NCBI GenBank assembly: GCA_001799735.1
Contig: MGUA01000034.1
Location: 20,056 to 84,055, forward strand
Reading direction: 5' to 3'
Length of the DNA stretch: 64,000 nt
Source: Elusimicrobia bacterium GWB2_63_22
Lineage (GTDB): Bacteria; Elusimicrobiota; Elusimicrobia; Elusimicrobiales; UBA9959
The notes below the pieces were generated by a model. The model ran no database searches. It was given only the letters and a program-made list of their open reading frames with translations, and was not told where the DNA came from. Positions 63,017-64,000 of the stretch are shown here, one piece after another; the first letter of the stretch is position 1, and every line of letters starts with the position of its first letter. The position numbers were made by a program, and so were the translations under genes.

Positions 63017-64000
63017 TCACCTGTTGTACCTGCCGGTAAAGCAGGAGACGCAGAAATTGGCGTCCTTGCCGCCGCCGCAGGCCGTCACCAGGCTTTCCAG
63101 GCTCAGGTAATGCAGCGCGTCGGCTCCGATAAAGCGGCGGATGCGCTCTACGCTCATTTTATTGGCTATCAGCTCCTCGCGGTTGGGCGTGTCTATGCCG
63201 AAGTAGCAGGGCGAGATTATCGGCGGGGAGGCTATGGCCATGATGATCTTTTTAGCGCCGGCCGCCCTGAGGCTTTTAACGATCTCGCGCGACGTGGTGC
63301 CGCGCACCAGCGAGTCGTCTATCAGGATGATGGTCTTGCCCTTGATGACGTCCTTTATGGGCGCCAGCTTGAGATGGGCGGTGACTTCGCGCAGGCGCTG
63401 GTCGGGCTGGATGAAGGAGCGCCCGGTATAGTGGTTGCGCATGAACGCGGTCTGGTACGGGATCCAGGCTTCCTCCGAGAAACCCAGCGCGTAGACGGTG
63501 CCGGAATCCGGCACGCCGGAGACCAGGTCCGCTTTCACGCCGGCCAGCTCGCGGGCCAGCAGCGCGCCTATCTCGTAGCGGGCCTTCTGCACGCTGCGGC
63601 CGGCCACCACCGCGTCCGGGCGGGCGAAGTAGACCTGCTCGAAGATGCAGCGGGTGAATTTCCGGGCGGGCGCGAAGCGTCTGAAGGAGACCTTGCCGCC
63701 TGAGATGATCACCATCTCCCCGGGCTCTATCTCGCGCACCGTCTTGCCGCCGGCCACGTCGATAGCGCAGGTCTCGGAGGCCAGGATATAGGACTTGCCG
63801 AGCCGGCCCAGCACCAGCGGCCTGTAGCCGTGCGGGTCGCGCGCGCCGATCACCTTGCCGGGCGCCATGAACAGGAAGGCGTAGGAGCCGGCCAGCTTGG
63901 GCAGGTTCCTGGCCAGCGTGTCCTCCAGGTTGCGGCCCCGGTAGCGGGCGGCCAGGTGCAGGATCACCTCGGTGTCGCTGGTGCTCTGGAAGATAGCCCC
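63017..64000 (-). CDS. purF: Amidophosphoribosyltransferase (5' part outside window)
   Basis: SDTEV, RDPHGYRPL, CIFEQVYFARPD, DDSLVRGTT, CYFGID. Confidence 0.95.
   Translation of the reverse strand, partial: GAIFQSTSDTEVILHLAARYRGRNLEDTLARNLPKLAGSYAFLFMAPGKVIGARDPHGYRPLVLGRLGKSYILASETCAIDVAGGKTVREIEPGEMVIISGGKVSFRRFAPARKFTRCIFEQVYFARPDAVVAGRSVQKARYEIGALLARELAGVKADLVSGVPDSGTVYALGFSEEAWIPYQTAFMRNHYTGRSFIQPDQRLREVTAHLKLAPIKDVIKGKTIILIDDSLVRGTTSREIVKSLRAAGAKKIIMAIASPPIISPCYFGIDTPNREELIANKMSVERIRRFIGADALHYLSLESLVTACGGGKDANFCVSCFTGRYNR

Noticed and set aside
1894-63703. Many long ORFs antisense to or frame-shifted within real genes (e.g. 4469-6361 +, 20283-22256 +, 38812-40929 -, 58692-60584 +, 60862-63039 +)
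   Set aside because: Shadow ORFs expected from high GC3 codon bias; they overlap well-supported genes and show no recognisable motifs.
1-64000. CRISPR array, rRNA or transposase genes
   Set aside because: No regularly spaced direct repeats, rRNA-like sequence or DDE/HUH transposase motifs noticed.

Overview
High-GC bacterial chromosomal window, densely coding and mostly housekeeping. The lineage is probably Elusimicrobiota; this is an inference from a PorV-like barrel-LysM protein, a GspG/pilin-like YYGD-motif protein and frequent ATA Ile codons. Recognisable genes include typA, an ABC-F ATPase, ahcY, hrpB, aspartate kinase, nth, xth, lpdA, gcvT-H-PA-PB with a lipoate ligase, pyrE, purB-purA, purF-D-M-(N/H fusion), two RlmI-like methyltransferases, several peptidoglycan enzymes, two AsmA proteins, several signalling proteins and three tRNAs (Gln-CTG, Pro-TGG, Phe-GAA). 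I saw no integrase, transposase, phage genes or CRISPR array. Strongest leads: (1) a DUF350-like gene coupled to an exported protein with an intact Hint/BIL auto-processing domain inserted into a poly-Gly leader, followed by a TM helix and two Tim44-like domains; (2) an orphan Pycsar-effector (PycTM/DUF5706)-like membrane protein between two membrane transporters carrying cNMP-binding domains, with no cyclase nearby; (3) a ~50-nt purB-purA leader with mutually exclusive antiterminator/terminator hairpins positioned so that G-versus-A start-site choice could switch them; (4) recurrent leaderless-type promoters; (5) several intergenic palindromic elements. All product calls come from motif recognition by eye; no database search was run.
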